A stretch of DNA of 64,000 bases from Chloroherpetonaceae bacterium (GTDB taxonomy: Bacteria > Bacteroidota > Chlorobiia > Chlorobiales > Thermochlorobacteraceae). The notes beneath the pieces were generated by a model that was given only the letters and a program-made list of their open reading frames with translations, was not told the DNA's origin and did not search any database. Positions 1-10,120 of the stretch are shown in pieces. Each line of letters begins with the position of its first letter. Within the stretch, counting starts at the first letter, position 1. A program made the translations under genes and the position numbers. The stretch covers positions 309 to 64,308 of the forward strand of contig JANWWM010000084.1 in assembly GCA_025055975.1 (NCBI GenBank), given 5' to 3'.

Positions 1-1064
1 GGCTCGATGGCTTCGGCTTGAATGAGAAAATCCGCGCCGCTTTGCCCAGGCATTCGCAAGTCCGCCACGATGCAGGCGAAAAACGATTTTCCCTCCAAAA
101 GCTCCATTGCCGATTCCGCCGATAGGCACGTGAAGACGTCGTATTCCTTCTTGAAGGTTTCCGACAAGAGATAGAGCACGTCGGAATCGTCGTCGACGAA
201 CAAGACGCGCGGGTTGCCGCTTTTGCCGCAGAAGCGTTTTTCGAAGCTCGTCAAATCGTCGGTGGCGATGAGGTCGAGGTCGTTGGCTTCGTTGAGTCGG
301 GCGAAAAATTCCTCTTCGAAGCTGGCGTAGCGCTTGAGTTCCTCGACGATGTCGTCGGTGAAGTAGGCTTGAAACTCGGCTTGGAGGTTTTCTATGGGTT
401 TGATTTCCTCTTCCTGAATGGGCTGAACGGGCAACGCATCGAGCGTTTTTTCGAGATCGGCTAAAAACTCGGTTTCGGCGATTTCGCTCGTCGGCGTTTG
501 AGCGAGAGCCGACGGTTCGACGGGAAGCGGCTTTTGCGGTTGGAGTTCCTCGGCGCGTTTTGGCGGTTCGGCGGAAAGCGGCGCGGGCAGTTGAGGTTCG
601 GGCTTTGGCGGCAAGGCTTTAAGCGCCTCGACGAGAGACGGCGCTTTCGAAGACGCCGGGGCGGCTTTCTTTTCGCGTTGACCGCGCAGCATGTAGGTCG
701 CCGCCGCAAGCGCCACGATGGATTTGAGCGTGTCGGGTTGCCAAGGCTTGCGCACGTAGCGAAACACCTCGCCGACATTGACCGACTCCAAAACCGATTC
801 CAAGTCGGAATAGCCCGTCAGCAAAATGCGCATCGAGTCGGGAATGATTTGCTTGACGTGCCGAAGCAAATCCACGCCGCGCATGCCGCTCATGCGCTGG
901 TCGCTGATGACGATGGCGGTGTCGCGGTGCGAGTTCAAGAGCGACAGCGCCGCTTCGCCGCTCGTGGCGGTCAGCACTTTGTAGTCGTAGTCGAACAGTT
1001 GCGTCAAGCTTTCCAACATTTCAGGCTCGTCGTCAACCAAGAGCAATTTGAGCTTTCTGTTCAT
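1..1064 (-). CDS. Tandem receiver-domain (REC-REC) response regulator, 3' end truncated by window edge
   Basis: Manual translation (absent from ORF track): ATG at 1064 gives MNRKLKLLLVDDEPE...ISDQRM...ILLTGYSD, a Pro-rich linker, then FEKRFCGKSGNPRVLFVDDD...IVADLRMP. Paralog of 2841..3947. Confidence 0.85.
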   Translation of the reverse strand, partial: MNRKLKLLLVDDEPEMLESLTQLFDYDYKVLTATSGEAALSLLNSHRDTAIVISDQRMSGMRGVDLLRHVKQIIPDSMRILLTGYSDLESVLESVNVGEVFRYVRKPWQPDTLKSIVALAAATYMLRGQREKKAAPASSKAPSLVEALKALPPKPEPQLPAPLSAEPPKRAEELQPQKPLPVEPSALAQTPTSEIAETEFLADLEKTLDALPVQPIQEEEIKPIENLQAEFQAYFTDDIVEELKRYASFEEEFFARLNEANDLDLIATDDLTSFEKRFCGKSGNPRVLFVDDDSDVLYLLSETFKKEYDVFTCLSAESAMELLEGKSFFACIVADLRMPGQSGADFLIQAEAIE

Positions 1065-1085
1065 GGTCGGCGCGTCTTGGCTTGT

Positions 1086-2810
1086 TTATTTCGTCGTTTG
1101 CAGAAAGTCCGTCGCGGGAATTTTCACGATGAAGGTCGTGCCTTTTCCTTCCTCGGTCTCGAAGGCGATGGAGCCATTGTGCTTCTTGACGATGTCGAAG
1201 GAAATCGATAATCCCAATCCCGTGCCTTTGCCGACGGGCTTCGTGGTGAAAAAAGGATCGAAGATTTTGGACTGAATGTTCTTTGGAATGCCCGTGCCGT
1301 TGTCTTGAACGCGCACGACGACGTAGCCTTGTTCCAGACCTGTCGAGACGCGCACTTTTGGGTCGGGCTTGCCCTCGACGGCGTGAATGGCGTTTTGAAT
1401 GAGGTTCAAAAACACCTGATTGAGTTGCGCGGGGAAGCACTCGACCATTGGCAACGCGCCGTATTCGGTCGTCAGCTCGATGTCTTTGTCTTTGAGCAAG
1501 TGCCCAATCATCAAGACGCAATTTTTGATTCCCTCGTTGATGTCGGCTCTTTTCATTTGCGCTTCGTCGAGGCGCGCGAAGTTGCGCATTGAGCGCACGA
1601 GGTTCGCCATCTGCTCGAAGCCCGACGCGATGCCGATGAATAGGCGCTCGGTTCGGCGAATCGTCTCTTCGAGTTCGGCGACCGTTCCGTTTTGAGAGGC
1701 GCGAATTTCTTGCATCATCGAGAGCGCTTTTTCCAATTCGCCCGCGTAGACCGCGTCCTGCGCTTGCAAGGCTTTGAGGAGAAGTTTGGAGATGGCGGCA
1801 AAGCGTTCCCGAATCAGCGCGACGTTGTTGGACGCATAGCCGATGGGCGTGTTGAGTTCGTGCGCGATGCCCGCGACCATCTGCCCCAGAGCCGACATTT
1901 TTTCCGTTTGAACCAAGTGCGCCTGCGTGTCCTGAATTTGCTTGATGCGCGCCGCCAGCTCGGCTTCCAGCTCCTTCTGTTTCGTGATGTCGATGCGCAC
2001 GCCGTAGAAGCGCAAGCCGCCGTCGGTCTCCAGTTCGGGCATGGAGTGAATGCGAAGCCACTTGATTTTTCCGTCGGGCAACGCGATGCGACACTCCATA
2101 TCAAGCGGCTTCAAGGTGCGGCGACACTCTTCGACGCGACGCATATACTCGCCCACGTCGTCGGGGTGCCACATCTTCGTGATGATGGAGGCATCGAGCA
2201 TAATGCGCTCCGGTTCGATGCCGTAAATGGCTTTGCTTCCGTCGCTCACGAAGGGATAGACAATCGTGCCGTCGGGGCGAAAGAGGATTTGGTAAATCAT
2301 GCTCGGCACGCTGTTGACGGTCTTGCGGAAGGTTTCTTGGTTTTTGACCAGTTCTTCCTCGATGAGCTTTCTCGTCGTGATGTCGCGCCCGATGCCGAAC
2401 AAGCCAACGGCGACGCCGTGTTCGTTGCGATAAACGACCTTCGTCGTGGAAATCCATCGCGTCTCGCCCGTGAGTTTGTTGAACATCGGCTCTTCGGCGT
2501 TGATGGATTCTTGACTGCTGTTGAGCAGGACGATTTCGTCTTGACGATGCTTTTCGGCGATGGGCGCGTCGTAGAAATCAAAGTCCGTTTTGCCGATGAC
2601 TTCGAGCGAATGATGCTTGCCCAAAAACTCGGCGTGTTTTTGGTTGGAGACGATGATTCTGCCGTCCGCGTCTTTGGCGTAGATGATGTCGGGCAGGCTA
2701 TCAATGAGTTGCAAGAGCAGGTTGCGCTCTTTGAGCACGCGCTCGTATTCTTCTTTCGGGACGCTCTCTTTGGCGAAATAATCTTTGGAGCGACGAAATC
2801 CTTGCAGCAT
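1086..2810 (-). CDS. Cytoplasmic PAS-PAS sensor histidine kinase (NtrB-like HisKA + HATPase)
   Basis: Two PAS/PAC segments, H-box EKMSALGQMVAGIAHELNTP, N-box QVFLNLIQNA, G1 DNGTGI, F/G2 FDPFFTTKPVGKGTGLGL; no TM segment seen. Confidence 0.93.
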   Translation of the reverse strand: MLQGFRRSKDYFAKESVPKEEYERVLKERNLLLQLIDSLPDIIYAKDADGRIIVSNQKHAEFLGKHHSLEVIGKTDFDFYDAPIAEKHRQDEIVLLNSSQESINAEEPMFNKLTGETRWISTTKVVYRNEHGVAVGLFGIGRDITTRKLIEEELVKNQETFRKTVNSVPSMIYQILFRPDGTIVYPFVSDGSKAIYGIEPERIMLDASIITKMWHPDDVGEYMRRVEECRRTLKPLDMECRIALPDGKIKWLRIHSMPELETDGGLRFYGVRIDITKQKELEAELAARIKQIQDTQAHLVQTEKMSALGQMVAGIAHELNTPIGYASNNVALIRERFAAISKLLLKALQAQDAVYAGELEKALSMMQEIRASQNGTVAELEETIRRTERLFIGIASGFEQMANLVRSMRNFARLDEAQMKRADINEGIKNCVLMIGHLLKDKDIELTTEYGALPMVECFPAQLNQVFLNLIQNAIHAVEGKPDPKVRVSTGLEQGYVVVRVQDNGTGIPKNIQSKIFDPFFTTKPVGKGTGLGLSISFDIVKKHNGSIAFETEEGKGTTFIVKIPATDFLQTTK

Positions 2811-2840
2811 CGATCGTTTCCTTTGAGCAATGAACCTTGA

Positions 2841-3947
2841 CTACGATGTCTTCTTGACCAGTTCGCTCAAGGCTTTGAGCTTGGCGAGCGCGTCGCTAGG
2901 CGAGGTTGGCGAAGCGTCGCGTTTCGCGGTCTGTTCGCTTCCCCCGTCGGTTTTTTGCGCGCCTTCCTTGCGCGAGGCGAGTTGCGACATGATTTGACTT
3001 TTGTAGAGCATCACCGCTTCGGCGACGGTTTCGCGCAGTTTGTCGGGATGCCACGGCTTTTGAATGTAGCGGAAAATTTGCCCTTCGTTGATGAGGCGAA
3101 TGACGTCTTCGACGTCGGTATAAGCCGTGATGAGAATTTTCGGCACGAGCGGCGCCAGTTCGCGCGATTCGACGAGCAAATCCGCGCCGCTTTTCTTCGG
3201 CATGCGTTGGTCGGTGAGCAAGAGCGTTACGAAAGAATCTTGTCGCAACAGTTTGAGCGCCTCGTCGGCGGATTGACAAGCGATGACTTCGTAATCGTCG
3301 GACAGCAGTTGCCAGAGCGCTTCGAGCGTGCCTTGTTCGTCGTCGACGACCAAAATTTTCGGCTTGCCCGATTTGCCCAAAAACGCGCGTTCGAAAATCT
3401 CGTCAATCGCGTCGGCGCGATGCGCGTCGGAAAGTTTGGCGAAGAAATTTTCCTCGATGGCTTTCTGCTTCAACAGCTGCTCCATCGCCAGCGAGAGAGA
3501 GTCGTGGGGCAAACATGAGACGGACGGCTCGGCGGGCTTTTGCGCGACGACTTCTTTGGCTTTCTTGCGCGTCGAGTAGGTCATCGCCGCCAGCGAGATC
3601 ACTTCGCGCAACTGCTCCGCGTTCCAAGGCTTTTTCACGTAGCGAAAGACTTCGCCCACGTTCACCGAATCCAAAATCGCGTCCGCGTCGGCGTAGCCCG
3701 TCAGCAAGATGCGAATCGCGTCGGGGCGAATCTCTTTGATGGCTTTGAGCACGTCGATGCCTTTCATCTGCGGCATCCGCTGGTCGCTGACGACGATGGC
3801 AAGGTCGGGATTGCGCTTGGCGAACTCGATCGCTTCCGCGCCGCCATTGGCGCCATGCGCGTCGTAGCGATCGTCGAAAAGTTGCAGCAGCGCCTCCAAG
3901 ACATGAGGCTCGTCGTCCACGAACAAGATTTTCAACTTTTGGCTCAT
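2841..3947 (-). CDS. Tandem receiver-domain response regulator without output domain
   Basis: ILFVDDE...SDQRMP...KPW and ILVVDDE...TDQRMP...KPW. Confidence 0.9.
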   Translation of the reverse strand: MSQKLKILFVDDEPHVLEALLQLFDDRYDAHGANGGAEAIEFAKRNPDLAIVVSDQRMPQMKGIDVLKAIKEIRPDAIRILLTGYADADAILDSVNVGEVFRYVKKPWNAEQLREVISLAAMTYSTRKKAKEVVAQKPAEPSVSCLPHDSLSLAMEQLLKQKAIEENFFAKLSDAHRADAIDEIFERAFLGKSGKPKILVVDDEQGTLEALWQLLSDDYEVIACQSADEALKLLRQDSFVTLLLTDQRMPKKSGADLLVESRELAPLVPKILITAYTDVEDVIRLINEGQIFRYIQKPWHPDKLRETVAEAVMLYKSQIMSQLASRKEGAQKTDGGSEQTAKRDASPTSPSDALAKLKALSELVKKTS

Positions 3948-4033
3948 CTTTGTTTCGTTTTGGTTCGCCGCGCTTGAAACTTTTGGGAAGTTAAAACTTT
4001 TGCGCGTTTGCGCAACGCTTTTCGGCGGAAACG

Positions 4034-4059
4034 AAAAAAGCCGCGAAACCGCGGCTTTT
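4034..4059 (-). terminator. Intrinsic terminator downstream of tRNA-Phe
   Basis: aaaaaagccgcg-aaac-cgcggctttt hairpin; U-tract on minus strand. Confidence 0.75.
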
Positions 4060-4061
4060 CG

Positions 4062-4133
4062 TGGTCAGGGAGGGAATTGAACCCCCGACGCAAGGATTTT
4101 CAGTCCTTCGCTCTACCACTGAGCTACCTGACC
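4062..4133 (-). tRNA. tRNA-Phe (GAA)
   Basis: Reverse complement GGTCAGGTAGCTCAGTGGTAGAGCGAAGGACTGAAAATCCTTGCGTCGGGGGTTCAATTCCCTCCCTGACCA; cloverleaf, anticodon GAA, CCA not fully encoded. Confidence 0.96.
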
Positions 4134-4207
4134 CCTTTGCAAAAAGGAGCGCAAATATACGAGAGGCAATTTCAAAATCCAACGCGATTTTGGCGCGTCG
4201 CGCTTCG

Positions 4208-4654
4208 TCAAACCCGATGCATCGCCTTGAAGATGTCCTCATGCTGCGCGTGAACGGACACGCCGAGCCGTTCTCCCGCGCCAATCAAGGCTTCGCGGAT
4301 TCGCATGAAGTTCGACGGGGATTTGGAGATGTCGACGATCATAATCAGCGTGAAAAATTCCTGCATGATTTTTTGCGAGACGTCCTGCAAGTCGCATTGA
4401 TGCTCGGCGAGAACGGTCGTGAGCGCGCTCATGATGCCGACGCGATTTTTGCCAAACGCCGTTACCAAAATCCTGCCCGTCTCTTGGGTCGAGGGTTGCG
4501 GCGGTTTCGGGTTCGAGAGCGTCAGCGACGGCGCGCCCTTCTCGTATTCTTTGATGACTTCGGCGACGACGGCTTCCACGTTTTCTTTCGTGGCTTTCTC
4601 GCCCAGCTCCTCTATGGCAAGATCGATGATGCGACGAAGTTCCGTTTCGGTCAT
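4208..4654 (-). CDS. ACT-domain protein (UPF0237-like) with N-terminal amphipathic-helix extension
   Basis: C-terminal ACT fold (ILVTAFGKNRVGI...DVSQKIMQEFFTLIMIVD...QHEDIFKAMHRV); about 55-aa N-terminal extension ending in a Pro-rich linker. Confidence 0.85.
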   Translation of the reverse strand: MTETELRRIIDLAIEELGEKATKENVEAVVAEVIKEYEKGAPSLTLSNPKPPQPSTQETGRILVTAFGKNRVGIMSALTTVLAEHQCDLQDVSQKIMQEFFTLIMIVDISKSPSNFMRIREALIGAGERLGVSVHAQHEDIFKAMHRV

Positions 4655-4660
4655 TGGTTT

Positions 4661-6490
4661 TTATTTGACGATGATTTCAAACGGCATCAAGGCTTGCGGT
4701 TGCAACGGGGTTCCGCTCGATAAGCGTCGCAACGCTTGAACGGCGCTTTTGAACTCGCTTGGCAACTCCGATTCGCCCGCGATCGCTCGCGTCAGTTCCG
4801 ATTTGACCGTTTCCATGATGACTTGACCCATCGCCATCGTGAGCGACGCGCCTCCGAAATTTTCAAAAAAATCTTCCCAAAAATCCTTTGGCTTCGGGTA
4901 ACTGACCAACTCGACGCTCGCCGTTTCGTCGATGCCCGCGAGATTTTTGGCGACTTGAATCGCCTTTCGGAATCCGCCCAGTTCATCGACGAGTCCGATG
5001 TTTTTCGCCGCTCCGCCGAGCCACACGTGTCCTTGCGCGATGGAATGAACCTGCTCGATCGTCATGTTTCTGCCTTCGGCGACTTTGCGCAAAAATTCTT
5101 GGTAGAGATACTCAATCAGCGCGTCGGCTTTTTGATAGGCTTCTGGGGAGACTTTGTCGAAGAGATTGAACGCATCGGCGAATTTGGTTTTGGAGATGAC
5201 GACGCGCTTCAAGCCGATTTTGTCGGCAAGTTCGCGCATTGCGGGCTTCGTGGCGATAACGCCAATCGAACCCGTGATGGTCGTGGGGTTTGCGACGATT
5301 TTTTGAGCCTGCATCGATACCCAGTAGCCGCCCGAAGCGGCAACGCCCGACATCGACGCGACGACGGGCTTTTCGGCTTTGGCTCGATTGAGCGCGCGCA
5401 GAATTTTGTCGGAAGCGATCGCCGAACCGCCAGGGCTATCGACGCGCAGCACGATGGCTTTGACGGATTTGTCCTTGCGCGCTTCTTCGATTGCGGGCGC
5501 GATGGTTTCGTCGCCGCTGTTGGCTTCGCCGCTGGGCGATGGATCGCTCTTCCCATCAACGAGCGCGCCCATAACGTTGACGACGGCGATTTTGTCGGAA
5601 GATTTTTTTCCGAGCGACGAGTAAGAGACGTCTTTGTATTTGCTCGCCGAAATGAAGAGCGTCTCGTCGTCTTCTTCCTTGACGTTGAAACGCTTGCGAA
5701 TCGCGTCTTCCAGTTCGCTGAAATAGCAGATGGAATCGACGAGGTTCTGCGCGAGCGCGTCTTTGTCGGAAAGGTAGGCTTGTTCGTTGAGAATGCGTCG
5801 GAACTTTTCTTCGCTGATTTTGCGCGACTCCGTTACGCCCTTGACGTAGGCGCTATCGAACCCCGTGAGCAGCGCGTTGAGTTGCTCGTAGTTCGGGGCG
5901 GAAATCGTGTCGCTCAAGAAGCTTTCCGCCGCCGACTTGTATTTGCCGCGTCGGGCGACTTCGAACTCAATGCCGACCTTTGCGAGCATCGATTTGAAGT
6001 AAAGAATTTCCGTCTTCAAGCCGTCCAAGACGAGCACGCCGTAGCGTTCGAAGAAGATTTTGTCGCATGCGGACGCGAGGTAGTATTCCGCGTCGCCCGA
6101 CAGTTGCGGCAAAAACGCCCAAATTTCCTTGCCCGACGCTCGATAGTCGGCGATGGCGTCGCGCAACTCGGCGAGCTTGGATTGTTGCGTCGAGAGATCT
6201 TCGATCGTGGCGACGATGAGTTTGACGCGCTCGTCGAGCTTGGCTTTGTCCAAAACTTCCAACAGTCCTTGCAACGTGGGCGGCGTTTTCGGCGCAAGTC
6301 CTGGAAGCCCGCCGCTCAACGCGACTTCGGGAAGCGAGCCGCGAATCGAGAGCGTCAAAACGGCTTCCTTCGGAACGCTCACCTTCGGCGACGAGGCGCG
6401 ATAAACGCCAATGGCGAAAAGAATGGCGAGCAACGCCAAAATGACGAGCCAAATTTTTCTCGACCCCGTTCGTCTTTGAGTTTGAGCCAT
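4661..6490 (-). CDS. sppA: Signal peptide peptidase SppA (67K type, protease IV)
   Basis: N-terminal TM, RGKYKSAAE, LRVDSPGGS, AASGGYW, TITGSIGV; start taken at MAQTQ. Confidence 0.93.
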   Translation of the reverse strand: MAQTQRRTGSRKIWLVILALLAILFAIGVYRASSPKVSVPKEAVLTLSIRGSLPEVALSGGLPGLAPKTPPTLQGLLEVLDKAKLDERVKLIVATIEDLSTQQSKLAELRDAIADYRASGKEIWAFLPQLSGDAEYYLASACDKIFFERYGVLVLDGLKTEILYFKSMLAKVGIEFEVARRGKYKSAAESFLSDTISAPNYEQLNALLTGFDSAYVKGVTESRKISEEKFRRILNEQAYLSDKDALAQNLVDSICYFSELEDAIRKRFNVKEEDDETLFISASKYKDVSYSSLGKKSSDKIAVVNVMGALVDGKSDPSPSGEANSGDETIAPAIEEARKDKSVKAIVLRVDSPGGSAIASDKILRALNRAKAEKPVVASMSGVAASGGYWVSMQAQKIVANPTTITGSIGVIATKPAMRELADKIGLKRVVISKTKFADAFNLFDKVSPEAYQKADALIEYLYQEFLRKVAEGRNMTIEQVHSIAQGHVWLGGAAKNIGLVDELGGFRKAIQVAKNLAGIDETASVELVSYPKPKDFWEDFFENFGGASLTMAMGQVIMETVKSELTRAIAGESELPSEFKSAVQALRRLSSGTPLQPQALMPFEIIVK

Positions 6491-6560
6491 ATCGATTGCG
6501 TTTAAGGTGGTTGAGCGAATATCGCTTGCCCAACGTTCTTTTGCAATCGCGCCTTCGCCG

Positions 6561-7892
6561 TCAGTCCGTTGGCTTTTCGGCTTCGCGCCATTGGAAGTTC
6601 GGCAGGTTCGGAACGCGCTCAATCAAGCGTTCAGGATACTGCGCGCCTTCGATGGCGCCGCGAAACGTGATGGATTGAACTTGATTGTTCGAGAACTCAA
6701 TCGTGATTTCGTCGCCGCTGGCGAGGTTTGCGCCTTTGGGCTTGCCGTCGTCGTAGGCGTAGTAGAGACTGCGCGATTGGCGACGCACGTCGACGCGCCG
6801 AATGCGCGCCTTTTCGTCAAACGCGATCGTCATCTGCTCGCCCGAAATTTGATTGAACTTTCTGCCCGAAGCGTCGAGCGAATCCTTCGAAGCCAAGAAA
6901 GCGCGCCGATAAACGAACATTGAGTCGATTCGATTGCGCCGACCGTCTTCGCGGAGTTTGACCACGATGGAATCGCCCGTGAGTTGATGGTTGTCGTGCC
7001 ATGCGATTGGGTTTTCGTAGAGCGAGATGATTTTTTCGCGGAGCAAGTAACGCGCCTTGTTGGAGCGAGCGCGGAGCGCGCCACGCTTGATGCGGACGCT
7101 ATCCGTGATGTCGATGCGCGGCAGCGCGTCCGCGTCGTTTCGGAACGCTTCCATTCGTTTGGCGCGAATGACGAGCGTGTCGATCTCGCCCGTCGATGCC
7201 GTATCGATTTTCGTGAGCGCGGGATTTCCTTCAATGAAACTGCGCTTTTCGTTGGCGAAATGCTCGCCGTAACCGCCCGTGATGACGACGTTGTCGCTCG
7301 GATTCCTCACGACGACGTTGCCCAACGCGATGGCGCGCGCTTCGTCGCGGAAATACACGAGGCTATCCGAGAAGATGAGATTCGTCGCGTCTTTTAGCGA
7401 CACCTTCTCGCTGAAATGCGCTCGTCGGACGTCGGAGAGATATAGCCCTCTCTGGCTGCGGAGCGTAACGGTTTGGTCGGTGAGGCTGACGTTTCTTTCG
7501 AGGACGGATTTGCGCTCGTCGGGAAAGTAGAAGCCCTCTTCGCCGCGAATGATCGCCGTGTCGCGCGCGATGACGATGTTGCCCGCCAAGCGAATTTTTC
7601 GGGATTGAAGAAACTGCACGGCGGTGTCGCAATCGACGGTCGTCGTCGATTCCACGAAACGCACGTTGCCGCTGGCGATGCGGACTTCTTCAATGACGGC
7701 GGGCGACGTTTTCGTTTTTGGCAGAAGCGCCGTTCCGCTTGAAATTTCGTTGGCGCGCTCCAAAATCACGACGCGAGCGGCAGTGTCGGGCGCGGATTGC
7801 GCGCGCAGTTCGAACAAGCCAAAAAAGAAAAAGCCGCCCAAGAACAGAGCGGCTCGCCAGGCGCGTCGCGTCGCGTCAGAACGGCAAATCAT
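6561..7892 (-). CDS. OstA/LptA-like beta-jellyroll protein (LPS transport family)
   Basis: Signal peptide, then repeated beta-strand units (GNVRF, GNIVI, GNVVV, GDSI); start approximate. Confidence 0.75.
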   Translation of the reverse strand: MICRSDATRRAWRAALFLGGFFFFGLFELRAQSAPDTAARVVILERANEISSGTALLPKTKTSPAVIEEVRIASGNVRFVESTTTVDCDTAVQFLQSRKIRLAGNIVIARDTAIIRGEEGFYFPDERKSVLERNVSLTDQTVTLRSQRGLYLSDVRRAHFSEKVSLKDATNLIFSDSLVYFRDEARAIALGNVVVRNPSDNVVITGGYGEHFANEKRSFIEGNPALTKIDTASTGEIDTLVIRAKRMEAFRNDADALPRIDITDSVRIKRGALRARSNKARYLLREKIISLYENPIAWHDNHQLTGDSIVVKLREDGRRNRIDSMFVYRRAFLASKDSLDASGRKFNQISGEQMTIAFDEKARIRRVDVRRQSRSLYYAYDDGKPKGANLASGDEITIEFSNNQVQSITFRGAIEGAQYPERLIERVPNLPNFQWREAEKPTD

Positions 7893-8358
7893 CGTCTTTC
7901 GGCGCGGCGGAAGATTCAGGCGCGGGTTGCGGCTTTGGCGCGGAGGCTTTCGGCGTTGCGCTCGGCGCATTCGCTTCGCCATAAGCGATTGGTTCAGGAG
8001 GCGACGGCGGCGACGAGGCGACTTTGCTATCGAGCATCGTCATGTCGGTGGCGACGATTTCCGTAATGTAATTCTTCTTGCCCGTCTCCTTGTCTTCCCA
8101 ACTGCGCGTCGTAAGCCTGCCTTCGATGTAGACCAACTTGCCTTTGGTGAGATACTGCTTGCAAATCTCCGCCAGCTTGTCCCAAACGACGATGCGATGC
8201 CATTCCGTGCGCTCGACCTTTTGACCGTTCTTGTCCTTGTAACTCTCGTCGGTCGCCAGATTGAAATTCACGACTTGGTTGCCGTTTGGCGTGGTCCGAA
8301 GTTCGGGGTCTGCGCCCAAGCGTCCGATGAGCATCACTTTGTTCAAACTTCCTGCCAT
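7876..8358 (-). CDS. ssb: Single-stranded DNA-binding protein
   Basis: [23 protein letters not shown]-terminal DDDLPF. Confidence 0.97.
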   Translation of the reverse strand: MAGSLNKVMLIGRLGADPELRTTPNGNQVVNFNLATDESYKDKNGQKVERTEWHRIVVWDKLAEICKQYLTKGKLVYIEGRLTTRSWEDKETGKKNYITEIVATDMTMLDSKVASSPPSPPEPIAYGEANAPSATPKASAPKPQPAPESSAAPKDDDLPF

Positions 8359-8510
8359 GGTGGGAAAAGTTTAAGCGTTAAAGGAATCTTGGAAATTTAG
8401 GAAATGTCCGCGCATTTGCAAGGCTCGCAGGCGTCGACGTTCTGGCGAAACCCTCCCGTCGTTCCGAATGTGGGGCGAAGGGTTGACTTTTGAAAACGCG
8501 ACGCGCGATC

Positions 8511-9269
8511 TCAATCGGGCGATTTCGGGCGAAAAATCTTGAACGAGCCAATCCCCAAACGCTTCTGCAAAAAGTATTGAAGCGAAACGCGCAACACGCC
8601 GAACCCATACTTGACGCTTCGCGCGAAGTTGATGGACGAGGCTTCCTTGAAATACTTGGTCGGGCAAGTGATTTCGGCGATTTCGAAGCCCGCGTAAAAA
8701 ATTTGCGCGAGCATTTCGTTGTCGAACACGAAGTCGTCGGAATTGGCGCGATAGTTCACCGCCTCCAACACCTCTCTGGAAAAGGCGCGATAGCCCGTGT
8801 GATACTCGGAGAGTTTTTGTCCCATCAAAAGATTTTGAATGAACGTAAGCGCGCGATTGGAGACATACTTGTAGAGCGGCATTCCGCCCTTGCGCGCGCC
8901 GCCGCCCAAGATGCGCGACCCCAACACGCACGGATACGCGCCGCTGGCGATGACGCTCGCCATCGCAGGAAGCAGTTTCGGCGTGTATTGATAATCGGGG
9001 TGAAGCATCACGACGATGTCCGCGCCAAGCGCGAGCGCCGCGTCGTAGCACGTTTTTTGATTGCCTCCGTAGCCTTTGTTGCGCTCGTGGCGAATGACAT
9101 GCCTGACGCCGATGCGCTTGGCGAGTTCGACCGTCTCGTCTCGGCTCGCGTCGTCGACGAGCACGACCTCATCGACGATGTCGAAGGGAATTTCGGCGTA
9201 AGTTCTTTCCAACGTTTTTTCCGCGTTGTAGGCGGGAAGCACCACGACGAGCTTTTTGCCGAAAATCAT
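8511..9269 (-). CDS. Glycosyltransferase family 2 (DPM/polyprenol-phosphate glycosyltransferase-like)
   Basis: VVVLPAYNAE, LVDDASRDET, NKGYGGNQK, LHPDYQY, GSRILG; start at MIFGKK. Confidence 0.9.
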   Translation of the reverse strand: MIFGKKLVVVLPAYNAEKTLERTYAEIPFDIVDEVVLVDDASRDETVELAKRIGVRHVIRHERNKGYGGNQKTCYDAALALGADIVVMLHPDYQYTPKLLPAMASVIASGAYPCVLGSRILGGGARKGGMPLYKYVSNRALTFIQNLLMGQKLSEYHTGYRAFSREVLEAVNYRANSDDFVFDNEMLAQIFYAGFEIAEITCPTKYFKEASSINFARSVKYGFGVLRVSLQYFLQKRLGIGSFKIFRPKSPD

Positions 9270-10120
9270 CGTTGTTGCGCGTTCAAGATGCGAGCGATTT
9301 CGGAAGCCAAGAGCCGCAAATCCTCGTCGAGAAAGTGCGACGAGCGCAATCGCGCGCGCTTGACTTCGTCGAGATCGATGACGGCATCGATCGCGTCGGG
9401 TTCGAAACGTTTGGCTTGGGCGACGAGCGCGCCGCTCGGAGCGACGATTTCCGAGCCGCCCCAATACGACAGCCCGTCTTCGTTGCCCACGCGGTTCGCC
9501 ATCACGACATAGACGCTGAACAGATTGGCGTAGGTGCGCGTCATCATTTGCCAAGTCTCCGCGATTTTCAGTTCGCCCGTTTCGGCATCGACGCGCAACG
9601 GACTTGCGACGAGCGAAAACACGACCTTCGCGCCCTGCATCGCCAGCAAATACGGCAGCGTTACGTGCCAATTGTCCTCGCATATCGCCACGCCAATCAA
9701 GCCGAGCCTGCGCGAATGAAACGGCGCGATGCGTTGCCCCGCCGAAAAGTAGCGCAGTTCCTCGAACATTCCGTAGGTGGGCAAAAAAACCTTGCGATGC
9801 GCCACGATCGCTTTGCCGTCCTCGAAGAAAAACGCCGCGTTGTAGACCCCGTAGTCGTCGGACAGTTCAACGCCGCCGCAAAGAATCGAAATGCGTTTGG
9901 AAAGGTCTCGAAGCGGCTGAAATCGAACGTCGCCAATCGGCAACGCGATGTCTTGCGCCGCGTCTTGCAGGTTGTAGCCCGACAGCGAGAGTTCGGGAAA
10001 CACGATGAACTCGATGCCGTCTCGAATCGCTTGCTCGGCGAGGGCGACGTGTTGATTGAGATTTTCGTCGAAGTTGGCAAGGGCGCTATCGATTTGGGCG
10101 ACGCGCAGTTTGACTTTCAT
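9266..10120 (-). CDS. Carbon-nitrogen hydrolase (nitrilase family; resembles stand-alone glutaminase domain of NAD synthetase)
   Basis: Glu-Lys-Cys triad motifs FPEL, HRKVFLPTYGMFEE, ICEDNWH; NRVGNEDG. Confidence 0.88.
   Translation of the reverse strand: MKVKLRVAQIDSALANFDENLNQHVALAEQAIRDGIEFIVFPELSLSGYNLQDAAQDIALPIGDVRFQPLRDLSKRISILCGGVELSDDYGVYNAAFFFEDGKAIVAHRKVFLPTYGMFEELRYFSAGQRIAPFHSRRLGLIGVAICEDNWHVTLPYLLAMQGAKVVFSLVASPLRVDAETGELKIAETWQMMTRTYANLFSVYVVMANRVGNEDGLSYWGGSEIVAPSGALVAQAKRFEPDAIDAVIDLDEVKRARLRSSHFLDEDLRLLASEIARILNAQQR

Noticed and set aside
3361-3385. GKSG in the REC-REC linkers as a P-loop
   Set aside because: Does not fit GxxxxGK[ST] with a preceding beta-strand, and no Walker B follows.
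4736-6505. Long antisense ORFs (also 19109..20416, 33669..35012, 41661..43013, 53454..54872, 57133..58596, 59657..61183)
   Set aside because: Shadow frames opposite well-supported genes, expected from GC-rich codon bias; no recognisable motifs.
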